Position numbers and translations under genes: made by a program. Source: Trueperaceae bacterium (GTDB taxonomy: Bacteria; Deinococcota; Deinococci; Deinococcales; Trueperaceae). From it: a stretch of 64,000 nucleotides of DNA. The DNA lies in NCBI GenBank assembly GCA_965215565.1, contig CBDCDZ010000004.1, positions 1,056,001 through 1,120,000 of the forward strand, written 5' to 3'. Below, in pieces: positions 9,951 through 20,192 of this stretch; the stretch's first letter is position 1; each line of letters opens with the position of its first letter. The notes beneath the pieces were generated by a model. It saw only the letters and a list, made by a program, of their open reading frames with translations, was not told the DNA's origin and ran no database searches.

Positions 9951-10769
9951 TTAAAGCTCCTGCTCTTTTAACCGCGCTTGCGCCCCCAACCCTTGCTTGC
10001 GAAAAGTAGGGTGCAGCCTGCGCACGAGCCCCGGCGCGAGCCCCAGCAGTTTGAACTGAAGTCCGCGCGAGGCGGGCACCAAGACCTCCACCGGGCGGCG
10101 CTCCAAGGCGCGAAAAAGCGCCGCGCTCACCTCTTCAACCTCTAGCGCCCGCCCCGTAAAGGTCAGCGCGGCTTCGGGGCGGGTCTTCTGCAAGTCCAAC
10201 ATCGGCGTTTTGACTGCGTCGGGGCAGATGACGCTCACATACACGCCGTGCTCGCGCAACTCAGCCGCCGCCGCCACCGAAAAGCCGCGCACGGCGAACT
10301 TCGAGGCGCAGTACAGCGCGTTGCCCGGCGTGGGGATGACGCCTGCGAGCGAGGCGATATTGACGATGTGCCCCGCGCCCTGCTGCGTCATCACGCGAGC
10401 GGCGTGGAGCGTGCCGTAAATCGTCCCTTTGGCGTTGATGTCCAGGTGAAAGTCCACCTCTGACGGCGAGACTTCGTGTAGAAAACCGGGGCGCAAGACG
10501 CCCGCGATGTTGAGGAGCACGTCGAAGCGTCCGAACGCCTCCGTGACCTCTCGCACGACCTCTTCCCAGGCGTCTGCGTCAGTGACCTCGAGCCCCCGAA
10601 TCTTCAAGCGCTCCGCGTCCCAGCCTTCTTGCCACGCCACCTCTCGCAGCACGTCAATATTTTTGTCCGTCAGATACGCCCGCGCACCGCGCTTAGCGAG
10701 TTGCGCCGCCACGTGCCGCCCGATGCCGCTGGCGCAGCCCGTGACGAGGTAGACGCGCGCGTCCGTCAC
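9951..10769 (-). CDS. Short-chain dehydrogenase/reductase
   Basis: TGCASGIG, NIAG, NIAS, YCASK. Confidence 0.9.
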   Translation of the reverse strand: MTDARVYLVTGCASGIGRHVAAQLAKRGARAYLTDKNIDVLREVAWQEGWDAERLKIRGLEVTDADAWEEVVREVTEAFGRFDVLLNIAGVLRPGFLHEVSPSEVDFHLDINAKGTIYGTLHAARVMTQQGAGHIVNIASLAGVIPTPGNALYCASKFAVRGFSVAAAAELREHGVYVSVICPDAVKTPMLDLQKTRPEAALTFTGRALEVEEVSAALFRALERRPVEVLVPASRGLQFKLLGLAPGLVRRLHPTFRKQGLGAQARLKEQEL

Positions 10770-12130
10770 GTCGTGACCTGAGTTTGAAGCGGTGCGGATG
10801 CAGGGGGTGCGGGGACAAAGGCGGGGATGGTCTCGAGGAGACGCCGTAACGTCTTCGCGTAGACGAAGTGGTCCACTTCCAGAGCGTGCCGCTCGCTCTC
10901 TACAAAGCGCCGCTTGCCCCGCACATCTTCGGGGGTGACGTGCGCCAGCGTGTGCGCCGCCAAGCCCACCGCGCCCCCGCGCTGCGCCCGCAGGTGTTTG
11001 GCGATGAGCTGCGCTTGCAAGTCGCAGAGCCAGAACATGCCGCTGTCGGGCTGGATGAGCCCAACGAAAAAGAGGTTGTCGTCATTGGGGTGAAAGACGT
11101 TGAGGTCCAAAGCGGGTGTGCCCCCTTGCCAGGGCAAAAGCGCCTCGTCCAAAAAGGGAAACGAAACCCGGTAGCCCGTCGCGTAGATGATGAGGTCGAT
11201 GACCTCTTCGGAGCCGTCCGCAAACGTTACCGTTCGCCCCTCTAAAGAGGTGACGTCGGGCTTCGCGCTGAGGTCGCCGTGACCGAGATAGTACATGAGC
11301 TGCGAGTTGATCGTCGGGTGGCTCTCGAAGAGCTTGTGGTCGGGCTTGGGTAGCCCCAACGTGGTCGGGTCGCCGCGCACGATGCTCATGAGCACGTTGC
11401 TGAGCGCCCGCCGGACGCGCAGCGGCACGCCCAGGCGGATGAGGTCTTCGGCGGCTTGGTCGGCGGGCTTGCCCAAGAGGTACTTGGGGATGAAGTGGTA
11501 GCCGCGCCGCAGGCTGTGAAAAGCGGCGTCGGCGTGCTGCGCCGCCTCCACCGCGATGTCGCAGCCGGAGTTGCCGCCGCCAACGACTAAAACGCGCTTG
11601 CCGCGCAAGAGGTCAGGGTGTTTGTAGGCTTTGGCGTGCATGGTCTCACCCGTGAACGTGCCGGGATACGTGGGGCATTTCGGATGCCACAGATGCCCGT
11701 TAGCGACGATGAGCCCGGCGTAGTGACGGACCTCTTGCTCGTCCGTCTCGAGCTGCCGCACCGTCACCGCCCAACCCCCATTCACCTTGTCAGCGCTCAC
11801 CACTTCAGTCTTGAAGTCGGCATGGTCATAGATACCAAAATGCCGTGCGTAGTCGCGCAGGTAGGCTAAAACCTGGGTGTGCTTAGGGTAATCAGGGTAA
11901 GGCGCGGGCATCGGGTAGTCGGGGTATTCGGTCAGCGGTTTGCTGGAAATGAGGTGCGTGGAGCTGTAGACGCTCGAGCCCTCCGTCCCGTAATACCAGT
12001 TGCCGCCCACGTCATCCTCGCGCTCTATGAGGTCGAAGGGAATCCCAGCCGCCCGTAAGTGCCGCGCCGCCGTCACACCGCTCGCGCCCCCGCCGATAAT
12101 CAAGAGACGTTCTGAACCGGCTTCCGTCAT
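10766..12130 (-). CDS. Flavin-containing monooxygenase (FMO-like)
   Basis: GGGASG, FTGETMHAKAY (FxGxxxHxxxY), GGGNSG, YATGY. Confidence 0.92.
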   Translation of the reverse strand: MTEAGSERLLIIGGGASGVTAARHLRAAGIPFDLIEREDDVGGNWYYGTEGSSVYSSTHLISSKPLTEYPDYPMPAPYPDYPKHTQVLAYLRDYARHFGIYDHADFKTEVVSADKVNGGWAVTVRQLETDEQEVRHYAGLIVANGHLWHPKCPTYPGTFTGETMHAKAYKHPDLLRGKRVLVVGGGNSGCDIAVEAAQHADAAFHSLRRGYHFIPKYLLGKPADQAAEDLIRLGVPLRVRRALSNVLMSIVRGDPTTLGLPKPDHKLFESHPTINSQLMYYLGHGDLSAKPDVTSLEGRTVTFADGSEEVIDLIIYATGYRVSFPFLDEALLPWQGGTPALDLNVFHPNDDNLFFVGLIQPDSGMFWLCDLQAQLIAKHLRAQRGGAVGLAAHTLAHVTPEDVRGKRRFVESERHALEVDHFVYAKTLRRLLETIPAFVPAPPASAPLQTQVTT

Positions 12131-12215
12131 GGTTCCTCCTGAATCTCACCCTAAAAGGGGGTGTCTAGGCGTGAGGTGGTTTAGCGAGTTCCAACAACTT
12201 GCTCTAACAGGGTGA

Positions 12216-12292
12216 TTGACAAGTGGCTCACCAGACTTTAACCTTATCTGATACTGTTATTAGATAATAAAGGAGTACGAGAGGTCTGTCAA
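12216..12292. promoter_or_regulatory. Two face-to-face sigma70 promoters with a palindromic operator
   Basis: Plus strand TTGACA(12216)-17nt-TAACCT; minus strand TTGACA(12292-12287)-17nt-TATTAT; palindrome TTATCTGATA-CTGT-TATTAGATAA at 12244-12267. Confidence 0.65.
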
Positions 12293-12531
12293 TCGTTCGC
12301 CCAGGGTTGATTTGTCAGCGCGTCAATGGGTAAGGGGGCTCGAGGTAAATTTATGTTTCTTAAAACCGGGCTTTACAACGCCGTCCAGCGAGACGTGAGG
12401 TCTGACTCGATTTTTGAACGCAGGTGGAGAGGTGAGGGGCTCGAGGCTCTCCTATTCGTCCTGATGCTCGCTTTCACGAGCCGAAACTACCTCTTGAAAT
12501 CTTCTGAGATTGACTCGACTGGAAATATACC

Positions 12532-13938
12532 GTGAGCACGACGGTGAGCACCCAAGCGGCTACGCTTCAGCCTGCACGCTTAAAGCGCCGCACCAAACTC
12601 GCCTACGGCGCAGGCGATATGGCGGGCGCGGTCGTGATCACCTTGACGGGCTTTTTCCTGCAAGCCTTTCTGCTCGACGTGGCGGGGTTGAGACCGGCGG
12701 CTATCGGCGTCATCTTCCTAGTCTCTAACGTTTGGGACGCCGTCACCGACCCCGTGGTGGGCGTGCTGAGCGACCGCACCCGCACGCGCTGGGGCTCGAA
12801 GCGTCCGTGGTTGCTCTTCGGGGCGGTGCCCTTTGGCGTCGCGTACTTTTTGCATTGGCTCGTGCCGGACTTGGGTTCTGCGGGGCTCTTCGCGTACTAC
12901 CTCACCGTGGCGCTCCTCTTAAAAACCGCTTTTACCGTGGTCGGCGTGCCCTACAGCGCCCTCACGCCCGCCTTGACTCAGGACTACGACGAGCGCACCC
13001 AGCTCAACACCTACCGTTTCAGCCTCAACCTCTTCGGCAGCCTCCTCGCCGTGACGCTGCACCCCGTTTTAGTGGGCTTGGCGGGCGACGATGTGGTGCG
13101 CGGCTACCTCTTCAGCGCGGGGGTGTGGGGCGTCTTCATCGCGGCGGTGGTGCTGATCGCCTTTCGCGGCACGTATGAGCGCACCACGCCCAGCGTCCCA
13201 GCAGGCTTTAACGTATTTCGCGAACTCGCCTCCGCCCTGCAAAACCGCGCGTTTTTGCTCGTCACGGGTATCTACCTCTGTTCCTGGCTCACGCTGCTCC
13301 TGGTGCAGGCGAACCTCTTGCTGTTCTTCCGCTACTGGGGCGGTATCGAGGCGCACTTCACAGGCATCATCCTGAGCTTTCAGGTGAGCGCGATCCTCTC
13401 GCTGAGCCTGTGGGCGTTTTTGAGCAAGCGCATCGGCAAGCGGGCGGTGTACGCGCTCGGTGTGCTCCTCTGGGCTGTTGGACTCACGCTCTTTTTCTTC
13501 TTGCCACGCGGGGCGGTGCTGCCCTCGTACGCGCTGGCGCTCCTCATCGGGGTGGGCGCGGCGGTGGCGTACCTCATCCCCTGGAGCATGGTGCCCGACG
13601 TGGTGGACGATGACGAGGTCAGGACGGGCGAGCGGCGCGAGGGGATTTTCTACGGGATGTTCGTCTTTTTGCAAAAGCTGGGGCTGTCGTTAGGGTTGGC
13701 GGTCTCGAGCTTCGCGTTAGACGCCACCGGGTATCTCAACCCCACAGTGGCGGGGGAATTCGTGGCGCAGCCGGACGCAGTGCTCCTCACCTTGCGCCTT
13801 TTAGTGAGCTTCGTGCCCGCCGTTCTACTTCTCATCAGCTTGCCGCTCGTTTACCTCTACCCGATAACCCGTGAACGCTACGCCGAGATTCGGGCGCGGC
13901 TGGACGCCCTAAATACTGCTGGAGGTAGGGATGACTGA
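12532..13938 (+). CDS. GPH/MelB-family MFS glycoside:cation symporter
   Basis: KLAYGAGD, WDAVTDPVVGVLSDRTRTRWG..RPW, PWSMVPDVVD..E..TGERREG. Confidence 0.92.
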   Translation: MSTTVSTQAATLQPARLKRRTKLAYGAGDMAGAVVITLTGFFLQAFLLDVAGLRPAAIGVIFLVSNVWDAVTDPVVGVLSDRTRTRWGSKRPWLLFGAVPFGVAYFLHWLVPDLGSAGLFAYYLTVALLLKTAFTVVGVPYSALTPALTQDYDERTQLNTYRFSLNLFGSLLAVTLHPVLVGLAGDDVVRGYLFSAGVWGVFIAAVVLIAFRGTYERTTPSVPAGFNVFRELASALQNRAFLLVTGIYLCSWLTLLLVQANLLLFFRYWGGIEAHFTGIILSFQVSAILSLSLWAFLSKRIGKRAVYALGVLLWAVGLTLFFFLPRGAVLPSYALALLIGVGAAVAYLIPWSMVPDVVDDDEVRTGERREGIFYGMFVFLQKLGLSLGLAVSSFALDATGYLNPTVAGEFVAQPDAVLLTLRLLVSFVPAVLLLISLPLVYLYPITRERYAEIRARLDALNTAGGRDD

Positions 13939-13992
13939 CTTTCTAACAGAAGCTCGCTGTCGCGGCGCAGTCCGTTTCAGAAGAGCCCACCT

Positions 13993-15084
13993 GTGAGCGG
14001 ACGCTGGAGCAAAGAGCGGGCAAACGCTTGGTACGCGCAGCAACCGTGGCTGGTGGGCTGTAACTTCATTCCCTCGACGGCGGTGAACCAACTCGAGCTG
14101 TGGCAAGCTGAGACCTTCGACCCCGAGACAATCAAACGCGAACTCGGCTGGGCGGCGGATTTGGGTATGAACACCGTGCGCGTCTACCTGCACGACCTCG
14201 TGTGGGAGGCGGACGCGGCAGGGTTCAAGTCGCATATCGACACCTTTTTGTCCCTGGCAGCGGAGCGCAACATCCGCACGCTCTTCGTGCTCTTCGACGA
14301 CTGCTGGAACGGCAGTCCGCAACTCGGAACGCAGAGCGCGCCCGTCCCCGGCGTCCACAACTCCGGCTGGGTTACGTCGCCGGCACGGGATGTCGTCAAC
14401 GACCCCTCGCAGTGGGAACGCTTGAAGCGCTACGTGCAAGACATCTTGAACACCTTTGGACAAGACGAGCGCGTCCTCCTCTGGGACCTGTACAACGAAG
14501 TCGGCAACCGCTACCTGCGCAGCTTATCGCTGCCGCAACCGCGCAAAGCGGCGCAGCTTCTCCTCCTGAGTTTGCAACATCGCTACGGACCCAACCCTTC
14601 TTTAGACCTCTTGAAAGAGACGTTTGGGTGGGCAAGAGAGGTTAGCCCATCACAGCCGCTGACCTCTTGTATCTGGATCAACGACCCCCGGCTCAACCCT
14701 TACCTCTTGGAGACGGTCGACGTCGTCACCTTTCATAATTACGAGGACGCGGCGCGGTTAGGGAAACAAATTTCAGACCTCCAAACGCACGACCGACCTC
14801 TTCTATGTACGGAGTATCTAGCGAGGGACAAGGGCAGCCTCTTCGAGACGCACCTGCCAATATTCAAAGCGGCGCGGGTTGGCTGCTACAGTTGGGGCCT
14901 CGTGAGCGGCAAGACGCAGACTGTATACTCCTGGAAAGATAGAGCGAAGGGTAACGGAGGTGTAGCGGAGCCCGACCCCTGGTACCACGATATGCTGCGC
15001 GTGGACGGTACGCCCTACCGCGCCACCGAGGTTGCATTGATGAAACGTCTTACTCGAGGGTCATCAGTTAGGGAGCAGACATGA
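13993..15084 (+). CDS. Clan GH-A (GH5-like) glycoside hydrolase
   Basis: LGMNTVRVYLH, WDLYNE (acid/base), LLCTEYLAR (nucleophile), no signal peptide. Confidence 0.85.
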   Translation: MSGRWSKERANAWYAQQPWLVGCNFIPSTAVNQLELWQAETFDPETIKRELGWAADLGMNTVRVYLHDLVWEADAAGFKSHIDTFLSLAAERNIRTLFVLFDDCWNGSPQLGTQSAPVPGVHNSGWVTSPARDVVNDPSQWERLKRYVQDILNTFGQDERVLLWDLYNEVGNRYLRSLSLPQPRKAAQLLLLSLQHRYGPNPSLDLLKETFGWAREVSPSQPLTSCIWINDPRLNPYLLETVDVVTFHNYEDAARLGKQISDLQTHDRPLLCTEYLARDKGSLFETHLPIFKAARVGCYSWGLVSGKTQTVYSWKDRAKGNGGVAEPDPWYHDMLRVDGTPYRATEVALMKRLTRGSSVREQT

Positions 15085-15986
15085 ACGTCTTACGCACGCC
15101 CGAAGAACGCTTCAACAACCTGCCCGACTACCCGTTTGCGCCCCACTACCTCACCGTCTCCGACTTCGAAGGCGGCGAACTGCGCCTACACTATCTGAAT
15201 GAGGGAGGAGGTCCCACCGTGCTCCTCCTACACGGCGAGCCGACCTGGTCTTACCTCTACCGCCATATGATTCCGCCGCTCGTCGGGGCGGGCTTTCGCG
15301 TGGTCGTGCCCGACCTCGTAGGTTTTGGCAAGTCCGATAAGCCTTCTCGAAAAAAGGATCACACCTACGCGCGGCACGTGGGCTGGCTGAGAGAGGCGCT
15401 CTTTGAGAGGCTAAACTTGGAGGACGTAACGCTCTTCTGTCAGGACTGGGGCTCGCTTATAGGCTTGCGGCTGGTGGCGGAACACCCCGAGCGCTTCGCG
15501 CGGGTGGTGCTCGCCAATGGTGGACTCCCGACGGGGGACGAAAAGATGCCCCTACCCTTCAGAATTTGGTTGCTGTTCTCAAAGCTGACGCCTGTGTTGC
15601 CTGTCGGCAGGATCGTTCAGCTCGGCACGACTACAAAGCTAACCAAGGATGTGATCAAAGCGTACGCTGCGCCTTTCCCGAGCGAAGCCTATAAAGCGGG
15701 AGCACATATCTTTCCTTCGCTCGTGCCGAACCGTCCCGATGACCCAGCTAGGGACGCCAACTACCAAGCGTGGGCTTCTTTAGAGAGGTTCGACAAGCCC
15801 TTTCTCACCGCCTTTAGCGACGGCGACCCGATCACCAAAGGGGGCGAGCACCCCTTCCAAAGCCGCGTGCCGGGAGCGCAAGGTCAGCCGCACGTCACGA
15901 CCAGAGGCGCTGGACACTTCCTGCAAGAGGACCGCCCGGACTACTTGGCGAAGCGCGTCACGCAGTTTATTCGCAGAGGTAGCTAG
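15081..15986 (+). CDS. Haloalkane dehalogenase (alpha/beta hydrolase)
   Basis: LRTPEERF, HGEPTWSYLY, GFGKSDKP, QDWG, DPIT, GHFLQED. Confidence 0.9.
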   Translation: MNVLRTPEERFNNLPDYPFAPHYLTVSDFEGGELRLHYLNEGGGPTVLLLHGEPTWSYLYRHMIPPLVGAGFRVVVPDLVGFGKSDKPSRKKDHTYARHVGWLREALFERLNLEDVTLFCQDWGSLIGLRLVAEHPERFARVVLANGGLPTGDEKMPLPFRIWLLFSKLTPVLPVGRIVQLGTTTKLTKDVIKAYAAPFPSEAYKAGAHIFPSLVPNRPDDPARDANYQAWASLERFDKPFLTAFSDGDPITKGGEHPFQSRVPGAQGQPHVTTRGAGHFLQEDRPDYLAKRVTQFIRRGS

Positions 15987-16020
15987 GCTGAGCGCGTACA
16001 CTAACCTGTATGAACCTTTT

Positions 16021-16704
16021 TTGCATTTTGGAGCCCTCTTGAGCGCCCGTAAACGCAGCAACGGTCTCGCCACCCATCAGAAGATCGTCAACGCCGCCGT
16101 GACGATTATGCGCGAGGAGGGACCGACGGGCGTCACCACGGCGCGACTTGCCGAAGCGTCGGGTATCGTCCAGTCGGGCTTTTATACGCACTTCAAAAAC
16201 GTGGACGAGGCGATCGTCGCCGCCGCCGAGCATACGGGGCGGCGTCTCCGTGACATCATCAGACGGTGGCGCATGGAGATCGTGGCGCTAGGGGACGTCA
16301 CTGTGCAGCAACTCGCTGAACACTATGCGTCGCTCATCCACCTGCTCTTAGAAGAGCGCCACTTCACCGAACTCTACTTGCAGTATCGGCGCACCCCGAC
16401 CTCGTTGGGTGCGGTGTTGCGGCAGTTTGAGGTGAATGTGATAGCCGATGTCGGTGTACATTTGGAGCAGATGATCCCAGCCGAATTTAGAGGTTCGGAG
16501 GATAAAGACCGTCAACAAGCTGAGCAGATCGTCGGAATGTTTTGGGTTGCCCTCGACAGAGCGCTCTACGCAGAAGGTGACATCGGAAGTCTAGCCCTAC
16601 AACTCGCTGTACTGACCAAAGCGAGCGTGGAGCTAGGCTACGGCGAGCCGAACGCGCAGTTTTTGTCGCGGGTGTCGCTGAGCTTGCTGAGACCGGTGAA
16701 GTGA
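16021..16704 (+). CDS. TetR/AcrR-family transcriptional regulator
   Basis: KIVNAA..GVTTARLAEASGIVQSGFYTHFKN HTH; start uncertain. Confidence 0.85.
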   Translation: MHFGALLSARKRSNGLATHQKIVNAAVTIMREEGPTGVTTARLAEASGIVQSGFYTHFKNVDEAIVAAAEHTGRRLRDIIRRWRMEIVALGDVTVQQLAEHYASLIHLLLEERHFTELYLQYRRTPTSLGAVLRQFEVNVIADVGVHLEQMIPAEFRGSEDKDRQQAEQIVGMFWVALDRALYAEGDIGSLALQLAVLTKASVELGYGEPNAQFLSRVSLSLLRPVK

Positions 16705-16728
16705 TACCAGATTGAATGAAGGATATCG

Positions 16729-16933
16729 TAGCAGTTCTACAACATATCGAGACAGTTGAGCGCAGATCTCTGTCCGCAAGGACTAGCGTTACGGGCAGGC
16801 CGCCCTGCCGTTGCGGGATTTCATCCCTTGAAGTGCGTGCTAGTTACGCAGTTTTCCGCAGGAAACATTGTTTTGTAAAGTGAGAGTGTTGCTTCGCAAA
16901 ACTTCGTACACTCTGACCAGATGATACCTGCTA
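16729..16933 (-). repeat. 111-nt dispersed element, copy with four inserts (21+21+25+27 nt)
   Basis: Reverse complement reads TAGCAGGTATCATCTGGT...GAACTGCTA; 205 = 111 + 94. Confidence 0.9.
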
Positions 16934-17378
16934 TGAAAACCGAATTCGAACTCATTGAAACTCTTCTGCGAAGCGGTGCTTGAGGTTGGGCATAGTGAAG
17001 GCGATGAGATGAGCGCCCGGGAAAGGGGGTGAACTGATACGGATTTCGGTGGATTGTCGCGTGTAGCGCCTCGTCAACAAAGACGTGCGGGAGCAAGAGA
17101 CGGGTTCAACCGTTTGAACGCGAGCCTCGACACAAGGAAATAAAGAGACAACCTATGTGTAGCGCGAAAGAGGTCACGAAATATATATTGGCGGCGTACC
17201 ACGTTTTGTGTGTAGAGCTGCGCGAAGACCGTAAGAGACATTGGCATTTCACATATACGCAGAGCGGGACACCTTCTACATCTCAACCCTAGCGCACTGA
17301 GAGGCTGAGCTAGTCGGTATAGCAGCGAAGGGGTATACTTCATAGTAATTAGACTTACATTTCGTCTACGCTTGACCT

Positions 17379-19187
17379 ATGCGACACCTCATCGTCATCT
17401 CATGCTTGCTCGCTCTGTTCTTGGTGGGGTGCTCTACCTCGACTCCGCCCACGATAACGCCCACTGACCCTACTCCCGAAAGCCCCGCCAACCCTGCACC
17501 TACTGACCCTGCGCCCACTGAACCAACCCTGCCTGAGCCGCTACCCACCACCCTTACGCCTGAAGAGGCTGACCGCGTGGCGTTGGCGCTCTGGCGCAAC
17601 GATGACCTCAGCAAGCACCCCAAAGGGTCCTGCTCGGGCTGCCACGGCGCGGACTATTTCGACCTCGCTCGCATCGGCTCGGCGGACGAGGATATTGCGC
17701 GGCGAGCGGTGATCGACGGGGCGAGTCAACGAGAGGCTGACGCGCTCGTGCAAGCGGTAAGGCAGATGCGCGAAACATATGGGCTGGGCGCAACCGACGC
17801 CCGTGCCTTTCGCCCCTTTCAACCGAGCGGCGCGGTCCTGCTACCCGACCTGGGCGACGCCGAGCACATCGCGGCGGTGAAGCGCGATATCGCGTTCGGC
17901 GAACAACTCGAGACCCTTTTACCCACCCTGTTTGGCGAACGCATCGACACACTGTACGGTGCCGAGCGAGCCAGGGACGAAATGCTGGACTTAGCGCAGG
18001 GGACAAATGAGGCGGGCGCGAACCCGCGGCGCATCCAGCTACGCGACTTACCTACAGGCATCACCTACCCGCGCTGGTCAGCGGACCTGCACCACGGCGC
18101 GGACGAGGGGACGCTGAACGACTGGCTTGCCGACGTCGCCCACGACGCCAAACCGGAGCACCGCGAGGCGTGGTTGGAGCTGCAAGACGCCTACCTTGCA
18201 ACCCCTAGCGATGAGAACTTCTGGCGCATGTACCTCGCCGCCGAGGAGATGACCGTCACGCCCCTCTTCGGTGAGTGCACTATGACGGGGGGAAGGGCGC
18301 ACATCGCCTGCGCAGACGTCAAACGCTTCGCCCGCGAGAAATTTTTAAGTGCGCTCACGGGCCAACACATGATGCGCTTAGAGGCGTCCGGGCGTGAGGG
18401 GTTTACAGACGGCGCGTTGGCCTTTTCGTACCTTGACACCGACCCCCGCTTCGACTTCATGAAGGAGCGCAAAAGCCGCACGCTTCTACCTGCGAACCTC
18501 TGGGAAGTGGGCGATAAGGGGCGAAGCACTTTAGAAAATTCCCAAGCTGAGGGGAGTTTTCGCGAGAACCTAGCGAAGCTCGGCTACCCCGAGTTCGTGC
18601 AAGACAGCATCGATCCCAACCGCAGTGCGAGCCAAGAACAACACGAGCTGCGCCTCGCTTGGTTCTGGTTGGGCTTTACCTTCGACCCCTCCTTTGCACG
18701 TATCCACTCCTCTAACGCCACCAAAGTCGGTGAGTACATGGTGGCGAGTTTGCTCAGCGAACGCATGTTTATCCACAACACCTTTCACACCAATATGCGC
18801 CTCGTCACCAAAGGCACGCTCCCTGAAGCGAACGTCAAGCAGACCGGACGTGAACGCGCTCTGGAACAGTTGCCAACCACTTTTCGCATGAACTACGGCT
18901 ACTTCTGGGCTTATGGGCGCACGGTGCTCAACTGGCAGGAGAGCAAGAAGTTCGGCGTCCTCATCCCTGAAGACCTCAAGGCGGAGCAAGCCGACCTCTG
19001 GCACCGCTTTACGGCAAACGGGTTTCGGATGAGCATGTTTCTTTACTCAGCAGCATTGGACGAGAGTGCGCCTAGAGACAGCGTTGTCTTTGATGCGATG
19101 AAAACGCACTTCGAGACTTATGAGCCCGAGCACCAGGAGGCGGACGCGGCGCTGATGGCGCAGCTTAGGCGCAAACTGGAGGAGTAG
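17379..19187 (+). CDS. Lipoprotein with Pro/Thr linker and a single CxxCH heme-c motif
   Basis: Lipobox LVGC, PTDP/PTEP repeats, SCSGCHG. Confidence 0.8.
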   Translation: MRHLIVISCLLALFLVGCSTSTPPTITPTDPTPESPANPAPTDPAPTEPTLPEPLPTTLTPEEADRVALALWRNDDLSKHPKGSCSGCHGADYFDLARIGSADEDIARRAVIDGASQREADALVQAVRQMRETYGLGATDARAFRPFQPSGAVLLPDLGDAEHIAAVKRDIAFGEQLETLLPTLFGERIDTLYGAERARDEMLDLAQGTNEAGANPRRIQLRDLPTGITYPRWSADLHHGADEGTLNDWLADVAHDAKPEHREAWLELQDAYLATPSDENFWRMYLAAEEMTVTPLFGECTMTGGRAHIACADVKRFAREKFLSALTGQHMMRLEASGREGFTDGALAFSYLDTDPRFDFMKERKSRTLLPANLWEVGDKGRSTLENSQAEGSFRENLAKLGYPEFVQDSIDPNRSASQEQHELRLAWFWLGFTFDPSFARIHSSNATKVGEYMVASLLSERMFIHNTFHTNMRLVTKGTLPEANVKQTGRERALEQLPTTFRMNYGYFWAYGRTVLNWQESKKFGVLIPEDLKAEQADLWHRFTANGFRMSMFLYSAALDESAPRDSVVFDAMKTHFETYEPEHQEADAALMAQLRRKLEE

Positions 19188-19370
19188 CTACGGTAGCTGT
19201 TTTATTCAGCCTTCTAGCCTGACTTTTGCGCAGCCAACCGGGCCTTCACGTACATAAAAATTTTCTCCTCAAGCTTCGAATCTAACTCAGGTTAGCGCAG
19301 CGTGCCGAGCGAGGCTCTAGCTTAGTTTGACCCAAGGATGGCGAAAACAAGGGTTTAAGGGGTCTTGATT

Positions 19371-19481
19371 TAGCAGGTATCATCTGGTCTGAGACGCCCT
19401 CACTGTAGAAAACATTGTTTAGCACGCGCTTTGTAAGATGATACCTGCGTCATTCTGTCTCAATATGTTTTGAAAGTGCTA
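19371..19481 (+). repeat. 111-nt dispersed element, core only
   Basis: TAGCAGGTATCATCT...AGATGATACCTGC...AAGTGCTA; exactly 111 nt. Confidence 0.9.
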
Positions 19482-19512
19482 ATTGTATTGGAACATGACT
19501 TGGGACAAAGAG

Positions 19513-19541
19513 AAACGGTAGAGATTGAACCTCTACCGTTT
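19513..19541. terminator. Intrinsic terminator of the tRNA operon
   Basis: AAACGGTAGAG-7nt-CTCTACCGTTT. Confidence 0.75.
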
Positions 19542-19558
19542 TAACGTCTTTTCTTTAA

Positions 19559-19632
<74 letters not shown>

Positions 19633-19715
19633 AAGTTGTAGAGGTATCATCTACAATTCACTGGATGAACCTTTTTACAAAATACCATCTCTAAGGGGAG
19701 ACGATACCTCCAGCG

Positions 19716-19807
<92 letters not shown>

Positions 19808-19931
19808 AAGTTTTTATAGGTAACATCTACACTCTACAGATGTACCTAGCTAACGCTGACCTTCCAAAAGCGGAGGAAATGTACTTACACACTAGCAGGA
19901 GAGCGTTGACTTAAGGACAACACCTCCACCT

Positions 19932-20021
19932 TGGCGGAGGGCGAGGGATTCGAACCCCCGATAGAGTCGCCCCTATAACGGTTTTCAAGACCGTCGCATT
20001 CAACCGCTCTGCCAGCCCTCC
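19932..20021 (-). tRNA. tRNA-Ser(TGA)
   Basis: GGAGGGCTGGCAGAGCGG..ACGGT-CTTGAAA-ACCGT, long variable arm, ends GCCA. Confidence 0.96.
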
Positions 20022-20040
20022 ACTTATGCCAGCGTTGACG

Positions 20041-20070
20041 AGTATACAAGGCTGGGGCACGCCATGTCAA
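20041..20070 (-). promoter_or_regulatory. sigma70 promoter of the tRNA operon
   Basis: TTGACA-18nt-TATACT, 19 nt upstream of tRNA-Ser(TGA). Confidence 0.8.
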
Positions 20071-20192
20071 TGCGTGAAGAGCAAAAACAGCAATTCCAAA
20101 TGAAGCGTCGAAATTTCGTCAACAAGGCAATATGGCACAGGTTTGCTGAGAATCACATAGAGAACATTGCCTCTCAGGCGCTTTTGGGAATA

